A stretch of 64,000 bases of DNA. Origin: Macrostomum lignano. Its lineage: Eukaryota. Location: contig NIVC01003791.1 of the NCBI GenBank assembly GCA_002269645.1, forward strand, positions 12,594 to 76,593, written 5' to 3'. The notes beneath the pieces are model-generated. The model saw nothing but the letters and a program-made list of their open reading frames with translations, made no database searches and was not told where the DNA came from. How positions within the stretch are numbered: the stretch's first letter is position 1; each line of letters begins with the position of its first letter. Position numbers and translations under genes: made by a program. Below, piece by piece: positions 38,812 through 50,579 of this stretch.

Positions 38812-39520
38812 TGGTGGAGCAGTGAGGAGGCGGGTGGGGCAGTGAGGAGGCGGGTGGGGCAGTGAGGAGGCGGGTGGGGCAGTGAGGAGGCGGGTGGGGC
38901 AGTGAGGAGGCGGGTGGGGCAGTGAGGAGGCGGGTGGGGCAGTGAGGAGGCGGGTGGGGCAGTGAGGAGGCGGGTGGGCAGTGAGGAGGCGGGTGGGGCA
39001 GTGAGGAGGCGGGTGGAGCAGTGAGGAGGCGGGTGGGGCAGTGAGGAGGCGGGTGGGGCAGTGAGGAGGCGGGTGGGGCAGTGAGGAGGCGGGTGGGGCA
39101 GTGAGGAGGCGGGTGGGGCAGTAAGGAGGCGGGTGGGGCAGTGAGGAGGCGGGTGGGGCAGTGAGGAGGCGGGTGGAGCAGTGAGGAGGTGGGTGGGGCA
39201 GTGAGGAGGCGGGTGAGGAAGCGGGTGGTGCAGCGAGGAGGCGGGTGGAGCAGTGAGGAGGCGGGTGGAGCAGTGAGGAGGTGGGTGGGGCAGTGAGGAG
39301 GTGGGTGGGGCAGTGAGGAGGTGGGTGGGGCAGTGAGGAGGCGGGTGAGGAGGCGGGTGGAGCAGTGAGGAGGCGGGTGAGGAGGCGGGTGGAGCAGTGA
39401 GGAGGCGGGTGGAGCAGTGAGGAGGCGGGTGGGGTAGTGAGGAAGCGGGTGGGGCAGTAAGGAGGCGGGTGGAGCAGTGAGGAGGCGGGTGGTGCAGTGA
39501 GGAGGCGGGTGGAGCAGTGG
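38812..39520. repeat. 20-bp G-rich minisatellite AGTGAGGAGGCGGGTGGGGC (intron 8)
   Basis: Period 20. Confidence 0.95.
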
Positions 39521-39575
39521 GGCAAAATGTATTACTAAGCCTGACCGCCGTCGCCAACCCCCTCCGCAATTTTAG

Positions 39576-39957
39576 TGTCCACCCCAACCGCAGAATACGT
39601 TGGTTACAACATGGTGGTGAACATCAGCTGGTCGGTGTTAAGTCCCACCCTTTCCCCTAGCAGCATCTTGTACTTTTCATTGAAAGCCAAAGAGATCCTG
39701 CCGGCGTTCATGAACCGGCCGTCTGGCACGGAGACGGAGATCCACAGGACTGACGAGCCGAAACAATCCAACACCTACCTGTGGCACCACCCCAAGATTG
39801 GCAAGGAGTATAGGTTCATTGTGTCCTACCGCCTGCGCGGGGCTATTATTGACAGGGAGGAGCAGACTAATTGGAGCAATGTGATCAGCTTTCTTCACAT
39901 TGTTGACAGTCGGCCTCGCATAACTGAGGTGCCCGTCAGTCTGCTGTACCCGTTGAA
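39576..39957 (+). CDS. ihog: Ihog/CDON-like exon 9 (FN3-1 and start of FN3-2)
   Basis: VNISW..F..PKIGKEYRFIVSY..WSN FN3 pattern; donor aa|gtgagt, phase 2. Confidence 0.75.
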
Positions 39958-40488
39958 GTGAGTGCTCAAAATTTACTTTAATAAATTTGTTGTGTGAAAA
40001 TGCAATTCAACTACTTTTATTCAGTAGTAGACATATTTTATCATTCTTAGCTGACTGTGTAACAATATGTGTAACAGAGATGATAAAACAGATTCATAAA
40101 ACCAGAGTTATATCAATCAGAAAGAAAGAGTGAATATCAATAGAGCTATAAGAAAGGCACAACAAATCAAAAGATGAACATTGGGTCTGCCTCCTATTGA
40201 CAGCAATAACAATTTCAATATAAAAAGTGAACGATTTCTATCCCCATAGTGTATTTTTCGCTAAAAACCAGCCTCCTTAACTTTTCTAAGAAATGTATTT
40301 TTCCGTCCTTCTGCTTTTATTCTGCTTCCGTACACTTGTATTTTGCACGCAGTCAGTTTCTTTAGACAAATAGACACGGAGTTGTCCTTGTTGCGTACGT
40401 ATCCGCGCGCTTGTGTGCCTGCTCAGGGGAGTCGGCGGAATGGGCAGGCAGTAATGCCTCTCTCTCTATGCAAAACTGACACTTCCAG

Positions 40489-40904
40489 ATGGGAATACAC
40501 TGCGGACGCCAGGCACAAGGTGGTTGGTTTCACAATTTTACTGCGCGAAGCTGGCAGACGCGGTTATACTGCCTACCACGTGAAGAACGGCTCGGCTAGG
40601 CAGTTCTTTATTCACGACCCCCTGCTATCTGGCGAGACCTACGAGGCTGTTATCTTTGCCAATCTGACCGATTTAACTGGCGGCGGCGCCAAATATCGAT
40701 CTAAGCTGTCCGATAAGAGCTCGTTCAAGCTGAGACCCGTCGCCTCTGATGGAGACAGCGGCAAGAGCAGTAAAAAGTCGCTATTTTACATGTACATCAT
40801 ACTGGGCTGCCTTGGCGGCCTCACTCTTATTGTTATATTAACTGTGATCTGCCTGTGCGCCTATTGCAATCGGAGGGACAAATCCCAGCGAGCTCAGCAA
40901 CCCA
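40489..40904 (+). CDS. ihog: Ihog/CDON-like exon 10 (FN3-2 and transmembrane helix)
   Basis: Branch-like actgac plus cttccag| in phase 2 gives LKWEY..VVGFTILLR..GETYEAVIF; TM LFYMYIILGCLGGLTLIVILTVICLCAY followed by NRR; an alternative in-frame acceptor lies at 40366. Confidence 0.75.
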
Positions 40905-41087
40905 GTAAGTTTATCGTTCAAATCCAGATGCTACTTATTAGTACTATCTATAGAGAGCTAGCTTTTGCTCTGTAGGTTAACGGTTTTTACCATTTTAAAT
41001 AAATTACCAACCTTGATAACGGCTAATTGTCTAGCACTTACGAAGTATAACAAAATCGCTTCCGACTCTGATCATGTGAGATCCCAC

Positions 41088-41832
41088 CTGGCTGACCCCC
41101 TTCCCCCCGTGGATTTCCACACCTGGCTGACCCCCAGTGGATTCTCCCCACCTGCTTGACCCCCCAGTGGATTCCTCCCCCACCTGCTTGACCCCCCAGT
41201 GGATTCCTCCCCCACCTGCTTGACCCCCCAGTGGATTCTCCCCACCTGCTTGACCCCCCAGTGGATTCCCCCGCCTGCTTGACCCCCAGTGGATTCCCCC
41301 GCCTGCTTGAACCCCAGTGGATTCCCCCGCCTGCTTGACCCCCAGTGGATTCCCCCGCCTGCTTGACCCCAGTGGATTCCCCCGCCTGCTTGACCCCCAG
41401 TGGATTCCCCCGCCTGCTTGACCCCCAGTGGATTCCCCCGCCTGCTTGACCCCCAGTGGATTCCCCGCCTGCTTGAACCCCAGTGGATTCCCCCGCCTGC
41501 TTGACCCCCAGTGGATTCCCCCGCCTGCTTGACCCCCAGTGGATTCCCCCCACATGGCTGACCCCCAGTTGATTCCCCCACCTGGCTGACCCCCCAGTGG
41601 ATTCCTCCCCCACCTGCTTGACCCCCAGTGGATTCCTCCCCCACCTGCTTGACTCCCCAGTGGATTCTCCCCACCTGCTTGACCCCCAGTGGATTCCCCC
41701 GCCTGCTTGAACCCCAGTGGATTCCCCGCCTGCTTGACCCCAGTGGATTCCCCGCCTGCTTGACCCCCAGTGGATTCCCCCCACATGGCTGACCCCCAGT
41801 TGATTCCCCCACCTGGCTGACCCCCAGTTGGT
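41088..41832. repeat. ~28-bp C-rich minisatellite TGGATTCCCCCGCCTGCTTGACCCCCAG (intron 10)
   Basis: Period about 28 at 41401/41429. Confidence 0.95.
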
Positions 41833-42015
41833 TCCTATGCATCCATACGGATTGCCGACTAACTTCTAATAATTGTTTAAAAGCTTATTTATTCTTAAAA
41901 CCTATTGAATTGATCTGACCACTAAGCAATCTTTCATCATTACTTCTAATTCTAGCTAATTTTAACTTAGAATTAATGCTGCACAATTCTCTTTTCTCCC
42001 CGCTCGCATGCGCAG

Positions 42016-42045
42016 ACGAAGCCTGGAGCAACACGTTTACTTATG
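42016..42045 (+). CDS. ihog: Ihog/CDON-like exon 11 (30-nt microexon, EAWSNTFTY)
   Basis: Pyrimidine tract plus gcgcag| and g|gtgagc; phase 1/1, frame-preserving. Confidence 0.6.
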
Positions 42046-42185
42046 GTGAGCTGTAAAACTGTAAAAAGTTTTTATTAGCTTGGCGCTCAGTTTTGCTGCT
42101 TTATGAAACTTTGCTTACAAATGACAGTTAATCTAGTACTTAAATGGTAGTTTGTCGTCAGAAGCGGTTGCTGCTATTGAGTAGC

Positions 42186-43103
42186 AATAGGTAGAACTGG
42201 GGTTAACGGTAGGTAGAACTGGGGTAAGCCGTAGGTAGAACTGGGGTAAGCCGTAGGTAGAACTGGGGTAAGCCGTAGGTAGAACTGGGGTGATTGGTAG
42301 GTAGCATTGGAAAGCGGTAGGTAGCATTGGGAAGCGGTAGGTAGCATTGTGAAGCATTGGGAAGCGGTAGGTAGCATTAAGAAGCGGTAGGTAGCATTGG
42401 GAATCGGTAGGTAGCATTGGGAAGCGGTATGTAGCATTGGGAAGCGGTAGGTAGCATTGGGAATCGGTAGGTAGCATTGGGAATCGGTAGGTAGCATTGG
42501 GAAGCATTAGGTAGCATTGGAAAGCGGTAATGGGTAGCATTGGGAAGCGGTAGGTAGCATTGGGAATCGGTAGGTAGCATTGGGTAGCATTGGGAAGCGG
42601 TAGGTAGCATTGGGAAGCGGTAGGTAGCATTGGGAAGCGGTAGGTAGCATTGGGAAGCATTAGGTAGCATTGGAAAGCGGTAATGGGTAGCATTGGGAAG
42701 CGGTAGGTAGCATTGGGAAGCGGTAGGTAGCATTGGGAAGCGGTAGGTAGCATTTGGAATCGGTAGGTAGCATTGGGAAACGATAGGTAGCATTGAGAAG
42801 CGGTAATGGGTAGCATTGGGAAACGATAGGTAGCATTGGGAAGCGGTAGGTAGAACTGGGGTAAGCCCTAGGTAGAACTGGGGTAAGCCGTAGGTAGAAC
42901 TGGGATAAGCGGTAGGTAGATCTGGGGTAAGCCGTAGGTAGAACTGGGATAAGCGGTAGGTAGAACTGGGATAAGCGGTAGGTAGAACTGGGGTAAACCG
43001 TAGGTAGAACTGGGGTAATTGGTAGGTAGCATTGGGAATCGGTAGGTAGCATTGGGAAGCGGTAGGTAGCATTGGGAAGCGGTAGGTAGCATTGGGAAGC
43101 GGT
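42186..43103. repeat. Compound minisatellite of 20-bp TAGGTAGCATTGGGAAGCGG and 22-bp GTAGGTAGAACTGGGGTAAGCC units (intron 11)
   Basis: Two related unit types in alternating blocks. Confidence 0.95.
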
Positions 43104-43178
43104 GCTGGGTAGTGATGAGAGCCAGCGAGCTGATGCTGCATCAATTGATCACCTCAATCCCATGCAAACCACCCGCAG

Positions 43179-44279
43179 CCACCCAGATGCAGCCGGGCAT
43201 GTCGGCCACCTACAAGGACCCGGCTAAGATAATTAACCGGGCCTCCCTGCACAGGCACGGCAGTCTGCAGCACCAGCAGCAGCAGCAGCTGATGCAGAAT
43301 TCTCACAATAACTTCAGTCTGTCGCTGCTGCAGGGCAGCCACCTGCCGCAGCAGCAGCAGCCGCCGGCCGCCGCGGCAGCCTACGGCGGCTTCCCGACAG
43401 TCGGATCGCACAGTGGCTACCCGGTTGAGCAGACCTCGATGATGGCCGATTACTATGGCCAGCAGCAGCAGCAGCAGCAGCATCTCATGCAGCAGCCTCA
43501 TCCTTATCAGCTGTATCAGCAGCACGGCAGCCAGCAGCAGCTGTACCTGCAGCACGGCAGCCAGCAGCAGCTGTACTATGGCCAGCAGCAGCATCAGCAG
43601 CCAATGATGCAGCACCAGGCCCACGGCGGCGGCACCCTGAGCAAGCGGGAGCCGCCCAGCGGTGGTTCGATTCACGAGAGCGAGCCGGACGACTTCAACG
43701 AACAGAATGAGACGCTGTTCTATCGGGGCGGCTCGCAGGGCCCCATCTACGGTCAGCACGTGCATCACCACCAGCAGCCGCAGGCGCAGCACCCGCACCA
43801 GCTCCAGCACCATCCTCACCACGGCGGCAGCGGCACGTTCGGCAGCGGCTACGGCGGCTCTGTGCAGCGCCTGGGCATGCAGCAAATGATGAATCCCAGC
43901 ATCGGCGGACCGGCCGACAACGAGTCCGTTTATTCTTATTTTAGCCAGCACGACATCTACGCGCAGACGCCTGGTGGCCAGCAGCAGCAGCAGCAGCAGT
44001 TCTACTTGGTGGACGGTGGCACCCAGACGGCCGGCTCTCAGCAGCCGCAGCACCGGCACCATCGCCGTAAACGTCGCCGCCAGCCAGGAAGCTCCGGTCA
44101 TCGCGGTGCCGGACTGTCCAGCGGCGACGCCGGCGGCAGCTCCGCCCAGCTGGGTACGCCGCCCGTTATGCGCGACACTTCAACTAATACGGACTTCCAG
44201 GAGGTTGACAACACGCTGCCCGAGGAGGACACTCTGCCGCCGCCTCCTGTGCCGCACCATCATCATCGTGGCCATCACG
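43179..44279 (+). CDS. ihog: Ihog/CDON-like exon 12 (Q/H/G-rich cytoplasmic tail)
   Basis: cccgcag| in phase 1, long GC-rich open frame, donor g|gtacgt. Confidence 0.75.
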
Positions 44280-44442
44280 GTACGTTGGATGCACCTATTT
44301 TTAGTATATTGGATGTACTTTTAAAGGACACGTACTTTTAGTGCATATATGTACTTTAAGCGGTTGTGTACTTTTAGTGAATGTTTACTTTGAGTGCATA
44401 TGTACTCATTTTTACTGCTTTTAACGCCCTATAAACCAACAG

Positions 44443-44925
44443 GCGAAATCTACGAACGTCCCGAAGACGTTGTTGGCAACGGCAACAACGGTATTGCTGC
44501 CGTGCCACCTCCGTCGCACCACAACCATCATCATCCTGTTAGCGGCGTCGGCGTCGGCACCGGCGGCAGCGGCACCGGCAGCAGCGGTGGAGGTGGCGCC
44601 TGTTCGACCATCGCCGTTGGCGCCGCCGGCGGCCCCACCGCCCAGGCACAGGCGGCGGCCAACAATCGGGAGTCGACGCCAACTAGGCACGGCAGCAGCA
44701 GCGCGTCGCTTCACCGCGGCGGCGGCACCGGCGCTGGCGGCTCCTCCTCGCGCTACGGCGGCTCCGCTAATTCCGTCTCCTCTTCGTCGCTGCCCCGCGG
44801 CCGGGCGTTCAGCCCCCAGCCGGCGCATCAGCAGCACCAGCAGCAGCAGCCGCCGCCACCCCCGCCACCGGGTGTTCCGAAAATGCGCAGCATCACCGAC
44901 TACGCCATCCCTAGCGGCCAGTTCA

Positions 44926-44963
<38 letters not shown>

Positions 44964-45152
44964 ATTGGGCACCACCTGCAGCACCAGCAGCAGCAGCAGC
45001 AGCAGCACGATGTCGGAGCTCCGGGTGCGCCACCGCCTTACCCGCCTGGCGTAGGCGGCGGCTCTGGGCTGCACCTGCCGTACCAGCAGCAGCAGCCGCA
45101 ACAGCAGCGCTCGGCCAGACCCCATCGCGGCGGCATGGACTACCCGGTGTGA
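44443..45152 (+). CDS. ihog: Ihog/CDON-like exon 13 (terminal, ends GMDYPV*)
   Basis: caacag| in phase 1, open to TGA; the joined 13-exon CDS is 4185 nt (1394 aa). Confidence 0.75.
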
Positions 45153-45486
45153 TGCCAGCCACGGGCACCCTTGGCTGCAGATTGACAATTTCACCCTATT
45201 GATTTATAAAATTCGTTTTGATTTTTTTATAAACCGATAGCACTTGTCTTTTCACTGTTAGCTGGCGTTTGCTTTTTGCCTATATATGTGTGTGTATCTG
45301 TGTATTTCTTTGTTTCTATTTGCGCGTTTTCAACTTATTGTCTCTATTACATTTTTCTGTGGCGTTCCCTGTTACTGGTAGATTACATTTTTGGCTGGTT
45401 GCGGGCTGCTTTACCTTGGCTTTGATTCTTTGTCTGTCTTGGTGTGCGCTGTCTCTCCACTGTGAATTTGCAGCTAGGGTAGGCAC

Positions 45487-46072
45487 TGACATGAGACACT
45501 AGGACATGTGAGACTAGGACATGAGACACTCGGACATGAGACACTCGGACATGAGACACTCGGACATGAGACACTCGGACATGAGACACTCGGACATGAG
45601 ACACTAGGACTTGTGAGACTAGAACATGAGACACTAGGACATGAGAGACTAGGACATGAGACACTCGGACATGAGACACTCGGACATGAGACACTCGGAC
45701 ATGAGACACTCGGACATGAGACACTCGGACATGAGACACTAGGACTTGTGAGACTAGAACATGAGACACTAGGACATGAGAGACTAGAACATGAGACACT
45801 AGGACATGAGAGACTAGGACATGAGACACTCGGACATGAGACACTCGGACATGAGACACTAGGACATGAGACACTAGGACTTGTGAGACTAGGACATGAG
45901 ACACTCGGACATGAGACACTCGGACATGAGACACTCGGACATGAGACACTCGGACATGAGACACTCGGACATGAGACACTAGGACTTGTGAGACTAGGAC
46001 ATGAGACACTAGGACATAAGACACTAGACATGAGACACTAGGACATAAGACACTAGGACATGAGACACTAAG
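45487..46072. repeat. 15-bp minisatellite ACACTCGGACATGAG, downstream of the receptor stop codon (putative 3' UTR)
   Basis: Variant TTGTG recurs at 45611, 45746, 45881 (135-bp spacing). Confidence 0.95.
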
Positions 46073-47424
46073 ACAGACAGACGGTAGAAACGCAGCAGCT
46101 TGCCAGTGAATCACAATACCGTGAATAAGTATCTCTATTAAATATTAGGGCACTGATTCTTTTAGCAAAAACTTTTTACAATGAAAAAGAAGATAAGGAA
46201 AATGCCAGAGCTCAAGCGCTTTCTTTGATCTCTCGCGTTTGCCTGTATTCTCTTCTGAACTCGATTTGTTGCTTTTGCCCTTGCTACTATTGTTAACTAC
46301 CACCATGCCTCCTCCTTAGCTTTGCTGTGCTCTATTTGCTGCACTCTGCTATCGCGCTGCTATGCACCCTATAATGCTACTACTAGTAGGATTTTACCCT
46401 TTTTATTATATATTTTATCTGTGTATTGTTTGCCGTCTTTTAAATCTCGCGAGCCCAGGCACGCCAATTTATTAGCCATTGCTGGTTGTTCTGCTTGTTT
46501 TGATAAATAGACAACTAATTCTTATAAAATAAAACAAATTTGTTCAATTTTCTGTGTAAAATAAGCTAAGTTTACTTTTCGCCTACTGTAAGTAGCAATG
46601 CTTGCGTGTTTAAGCGCTTTTTTGTTGACGGAAATTTTCTCGATATAGCTTTTTAAATGCTAGTTTTGCTACATGTTATTCAACAAAATAAACACAGTTT
46701 ATTGCTGCGCGTTCTGCTTGGCTCTGTTCAACGTGTTAATTCATTGATTATGCATGGATTATCAGCATCTGTCACGAACTCTATCCTCACTCCCAGCTGC
46801 ATTTTTCTTAGGTTTTTAATCTGCTAATTAATCGGTAAAATTTGTTAAATCGGTTTCAACCAGTTTTTCTATTATCAAAGCAAAGCCTTCCTGAAGCAGC
46901 TCCTTGTTCATAAAGACGCACCTGTTAATATATTATTTTACCTATAATATGCTTTGTGTATTCGTTGTTATGTGTAAACATAATCGCTATCTGCTGTCTA
47001 CTTTATTCGCCGTTTTTTTCTGATTGGCCGCAGTTTTTTTTCGGCTGCCGTCCGTGCTCACAGAAATGTGAGTACGAGTATACTACTGTCTAGGATGGTT
47101 CTTCATTCATCGTTCACAAATTTATTTAATTATTTATACAACAACCCGGCTCCACAGGATTTGCGCATGCGCTAAGATTAGCTTTCCATAATATCAATGC
47201 CGAATCTGCCCCTCCCCGGGTCCGTCATTAATAATTATCGATTATCATTTTCACAAGCGCTTGATTCTTCTCTCGGTACGAGGCATCCAGCAGCGGTGGA
47301 GCTGGGAACTGCCTCTCATCGCTATAATTATAGATATATTTCCTTGCGGCTCCCTTGCGAGTTTTATTGTGGCCTTCTGATTGCCACCCCTTTCGTAGTA
47401 GTCATCTTCATATAGCTTTCCTAC

Positions 47425-47900
47425 ACCCCAGGACAGCCACCCCTTTACTCCTGATTCTCCTGCCCCCAGGACAGCCACCCCTTCACCCCTGATTCTCCTG
47501 CCTCCAAGACAGCCACCCCTTCACCCCTGATTCTCCTGCCCCCAGGACAGCCACCCCTTCACCCCTGATTCTCCTGCCTCCAAGACAGCCACCCCTTCAC
47601 CCCTGATTCTCCTGCCCCCAGGACAGCCACCCCTTCACCCCTGATTCTCCTGCCCCCAGGACAGCCACCCCTTCACCCCTGATTCTCCTGCCCCCAGGAC
47701 AGCCACCCCTTCACCCCTGATTCTCCTGCCCCCAGGACAGCCACCCCTTCACCCCTGATTCTCCTGCCCCCAGGACAGCCACCCCTTCACCCCTGATTCT
47801 CCTGCCCCCAGGACAGCCACCCCTTCACCCCTGATTCTCCTGCCCCCAGGACAGCCACCCCTTCACCCCTGATTCTCCTGCCTCCATGACAGCCACCCCC
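47425..47900. repeat. 38-bp minisatellite GGACAGCCACCCCTTCACCCCTGATTCTCCTGCCCCCA
   Basis: Period 38 at 47641/47679. Confidence 0.95.
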
Positions 47901-48748
47901 TTATAAGTCTTATCTGAGATACTCTGAGTAGTATCAAAACTCCTGCTGAAGTCTCCTCGGAGTAATCCAAATATACTAATTTTGCTACCCGTCTTAGTTG
48001 AATTGATTGGTTAGAGCTATTATGCTTGATTTCACCCCATCCACATGTAGACTTAGCTCGTATTTAATTGCCAATGTATTGTCGATTTAACTTGCTACAG
48101 TTGCGTTGCTTGTTGTTTTGTTTTTTGTGCTTTGCAGCAGCATTAAGTTGTCTATAATAGCAACTTCATCGACTTTTTATGCTATAAACAAATTTTCTCA
48201 TCTCCTAACGTACAAGTTTATTTAAACAACGTAAATAAATACAATTCAAAACGAAAATCTTACTATTACCATTAGTGCAATCAATGCATAAACAAAGCTC
48301 AATACATGTGGTTTGCTTATTCCTTTCGATTTTAAATGTCAACTGTTCTCTCGTACCTCTACGTCTACGTTTCACCATAGACAAACTCTGTTCGAGAAAA
48401 ATCCGACTTCTCAATATAGCATGCTAAAGGCACGAGCGACACGACAGTGTAGTGTTCTGTCCTCATTTGACTTCGATTGCCCATGCGACTGCCGACAATT
48501 CGACTGCCAAAAATTGACCTATGCGTTTTAAACCATTTCTATTAAACCATCTTGAAACTATTTTTATAATTAGCTAAGATTGTATCTGTTCTTGAGCCCC
48601 AAACCTTATTGGACCGTATACTGAAAGCTCTGTCTATAGTAGTCCTCTTGACAAACGAGCCCAGACTTGGATTTGGTATGCAGACACGCGAAGTCATAGA
48701 TCTTCCATAGACGAAACTACATATGTAGCTAGTAGGCTCAGTCTTGGC

Positions 48749-49022
48749 CAGGGGTCGGCAAACTCCGGCCCGCCCTTGAAGCCTCTCTATCCGGCCCTCG
48801 GGTCCTTTGAAGCTTCCCCATTAGCAATCCGGTTTCCGATTAGCACAAGGTTTAATTTTGTGTCTCTTGCTCAGCTCTTTCTTTTCTCTCCTTCCCTCTC
48901 CTTCCCCTCTCACGTCTCGTCTCCTCTTTTATCTTTTCTTCCATCCCATCTCTCGCCTCTTCTCTCTTTTCTTTCTTCTATTCCCTCCCTCTCCACTCTC
49001 ATCTAAGTTTGCCCAACCTCTG
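48749..49022. mobile_element. hAT-type (Charlie-like) MITE
   Basis: TIRs CAGGGGTCGGCAAACT / AGTTTGCCCAACCTCTG; 8-bp flanks GTCTTGGC / GTCCAGGC (TSD with 2 mismatches). Confidence 0.65.
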
Positions 49023-49287
49023 GTCCAGGCCAGCCTAATCGAGTCTTACTTTGATGGCAAGCATAAGTTGTGAAGCACATGTGCTAGTCAGAAGCACACT
49101 TTATTATTCCTGCGTCTTGCTCGGGTGCTCTCCATTCGTAGAGTTCGCTTCAAACCGAATGAATTTTTCGAAAATAGCGCTCGATATTCTCTGACTGAAT
49201 CTTTCCTCTTTAAGAAATGTATCAACTTGGACGATAGACAATAGCGAATCCGAATCCCCTAAAAATGGCGCCTAAGTTGGGCGCTCA

Positions 49288-49530
49288 GGCTAGCCAAGGA
49301 GCTCTATAATTAGCATCTGGAGTGGAAACGAGTTTTTCACTTTTACCTCACGAGGCCACGCAAATTGTTAAGATAATTTTCACCGCATGGAGCCACTGCA
49401 TGTCTGACTCTGTCCATGCCACTCGCATAAGACTAAATTACTCGTAGGTTTACAAACTGCGTGGCCTAGAGGTAAAGTGAAAAACTAGTTTCCACTCCAG
49501 ATGCTAATTATAGAGCTCCTCGGTCTAGCC
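49288..49530. mobile_element. MITE with ~80-bp terminal inverted repeats
   Basis: GGCTAG..GAGCTCTATAATTAGCATCTGGAGTGGAAAC..TTTTTCACTT..GGCCACGCA is mirrored at the right end; no clear TSD. Confidence 0.75.
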
Positions 49531-49542
49531 TTCCTATTTTAA

Positions 49543-49912
49543 GGGTCGCCATCATACAGATAAACCCGAAAAATCCCAACTCCGAAAGCACTTCCCATCA
49601 TAAACCCGAAATATCATAACTCCGTAAAACAAAATAGCAACGCCCATCATAAACCCGAAATATCACAACTCCGAAAACCAAAATAGTGTTGGACACTGCT
49701 AGAACTTTCGGAGTTAGTATATTTCGGGTTTATGATGGGCAATGCTATTTTTGTTTTCGGGAGTTATGATACTTCGGGTTTATGATGCGCGTTGCTAGCA
49801 ATTTCGGAGTTATGATATTTCGAATTTGTGATATTTCGGGTTTGTGATATTTCAGGCTTATGATAGAAAGCGCTTTTCGGAGTTGTGATTTTTCGGGTTT
49901 GTGATGCCCCCC
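49543..49912. mobile_element. Foldback-type element with modular inverted arms
   Basis: Left arm is built of AAACCCGAAATATCATAACTCCG subrepeats, right arm of their reverse complements. Confidence 0.7.
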
Positions 49913-50579
49913 TCGATTTTAAGACCTAAGACTTAACTTAGCCGTCTGCATATGGGCCATCGAGTCAGATTCAATTGAGGCAAATTGAAAGGCGAGCAGA
50001 CGATTTATATAAAAAGTAACGAAGAATTTGTTTGCAGATAGAACTTTAATTGCGCCGTCGGCGCAAAACAGCGGCACAATTGAATATTTTATTAATATTT
50101 TTCACCGAGACTTTAACAAAGCCGTCACTCTGCACAGAAGCATTAGAAAAGCTGCAAATGATGTTGGAACCAAAGTAAAAAGAGCCTATTGTTGTTACGT
50201 CAAACTGATGAGAAATTCTGAATAATTAATATTTTATATTATTAGCTGGTATTAAACGCCGTCGAGTTAATAAATAGTAATAAATAATATTAATTACTCC
50301 GTACACTGCTGATATCATCTGAACTGCGCAGAACTCTCAAATACCGGGCAAATTTTCAATTCTGTAAACAAAGATTGCTGAGCAAGCCACTGACCGGAGT
50401 AAAAAATACGCAGTATTACTAGGAAAACTCGAATATATAAAATTGTGATTACTAGCATGCTGGCGTCAAAACGGGGAACCAGTTACAGTCTGTCAGGTCA
50501 GTGGCGCGCACAGGCTAAATGCAGTCACGGAGACGGATTTGCCCCCGCACCAGCGCGCCCTCCGATCGAAGCTGCAGCC

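Noticed and set aside
43154-45194. Antisense and alternative-frame ORFs over receptor exons 12-13
   Set aside because: They are shadow frames of CAG/GGC-rich coding sequence.
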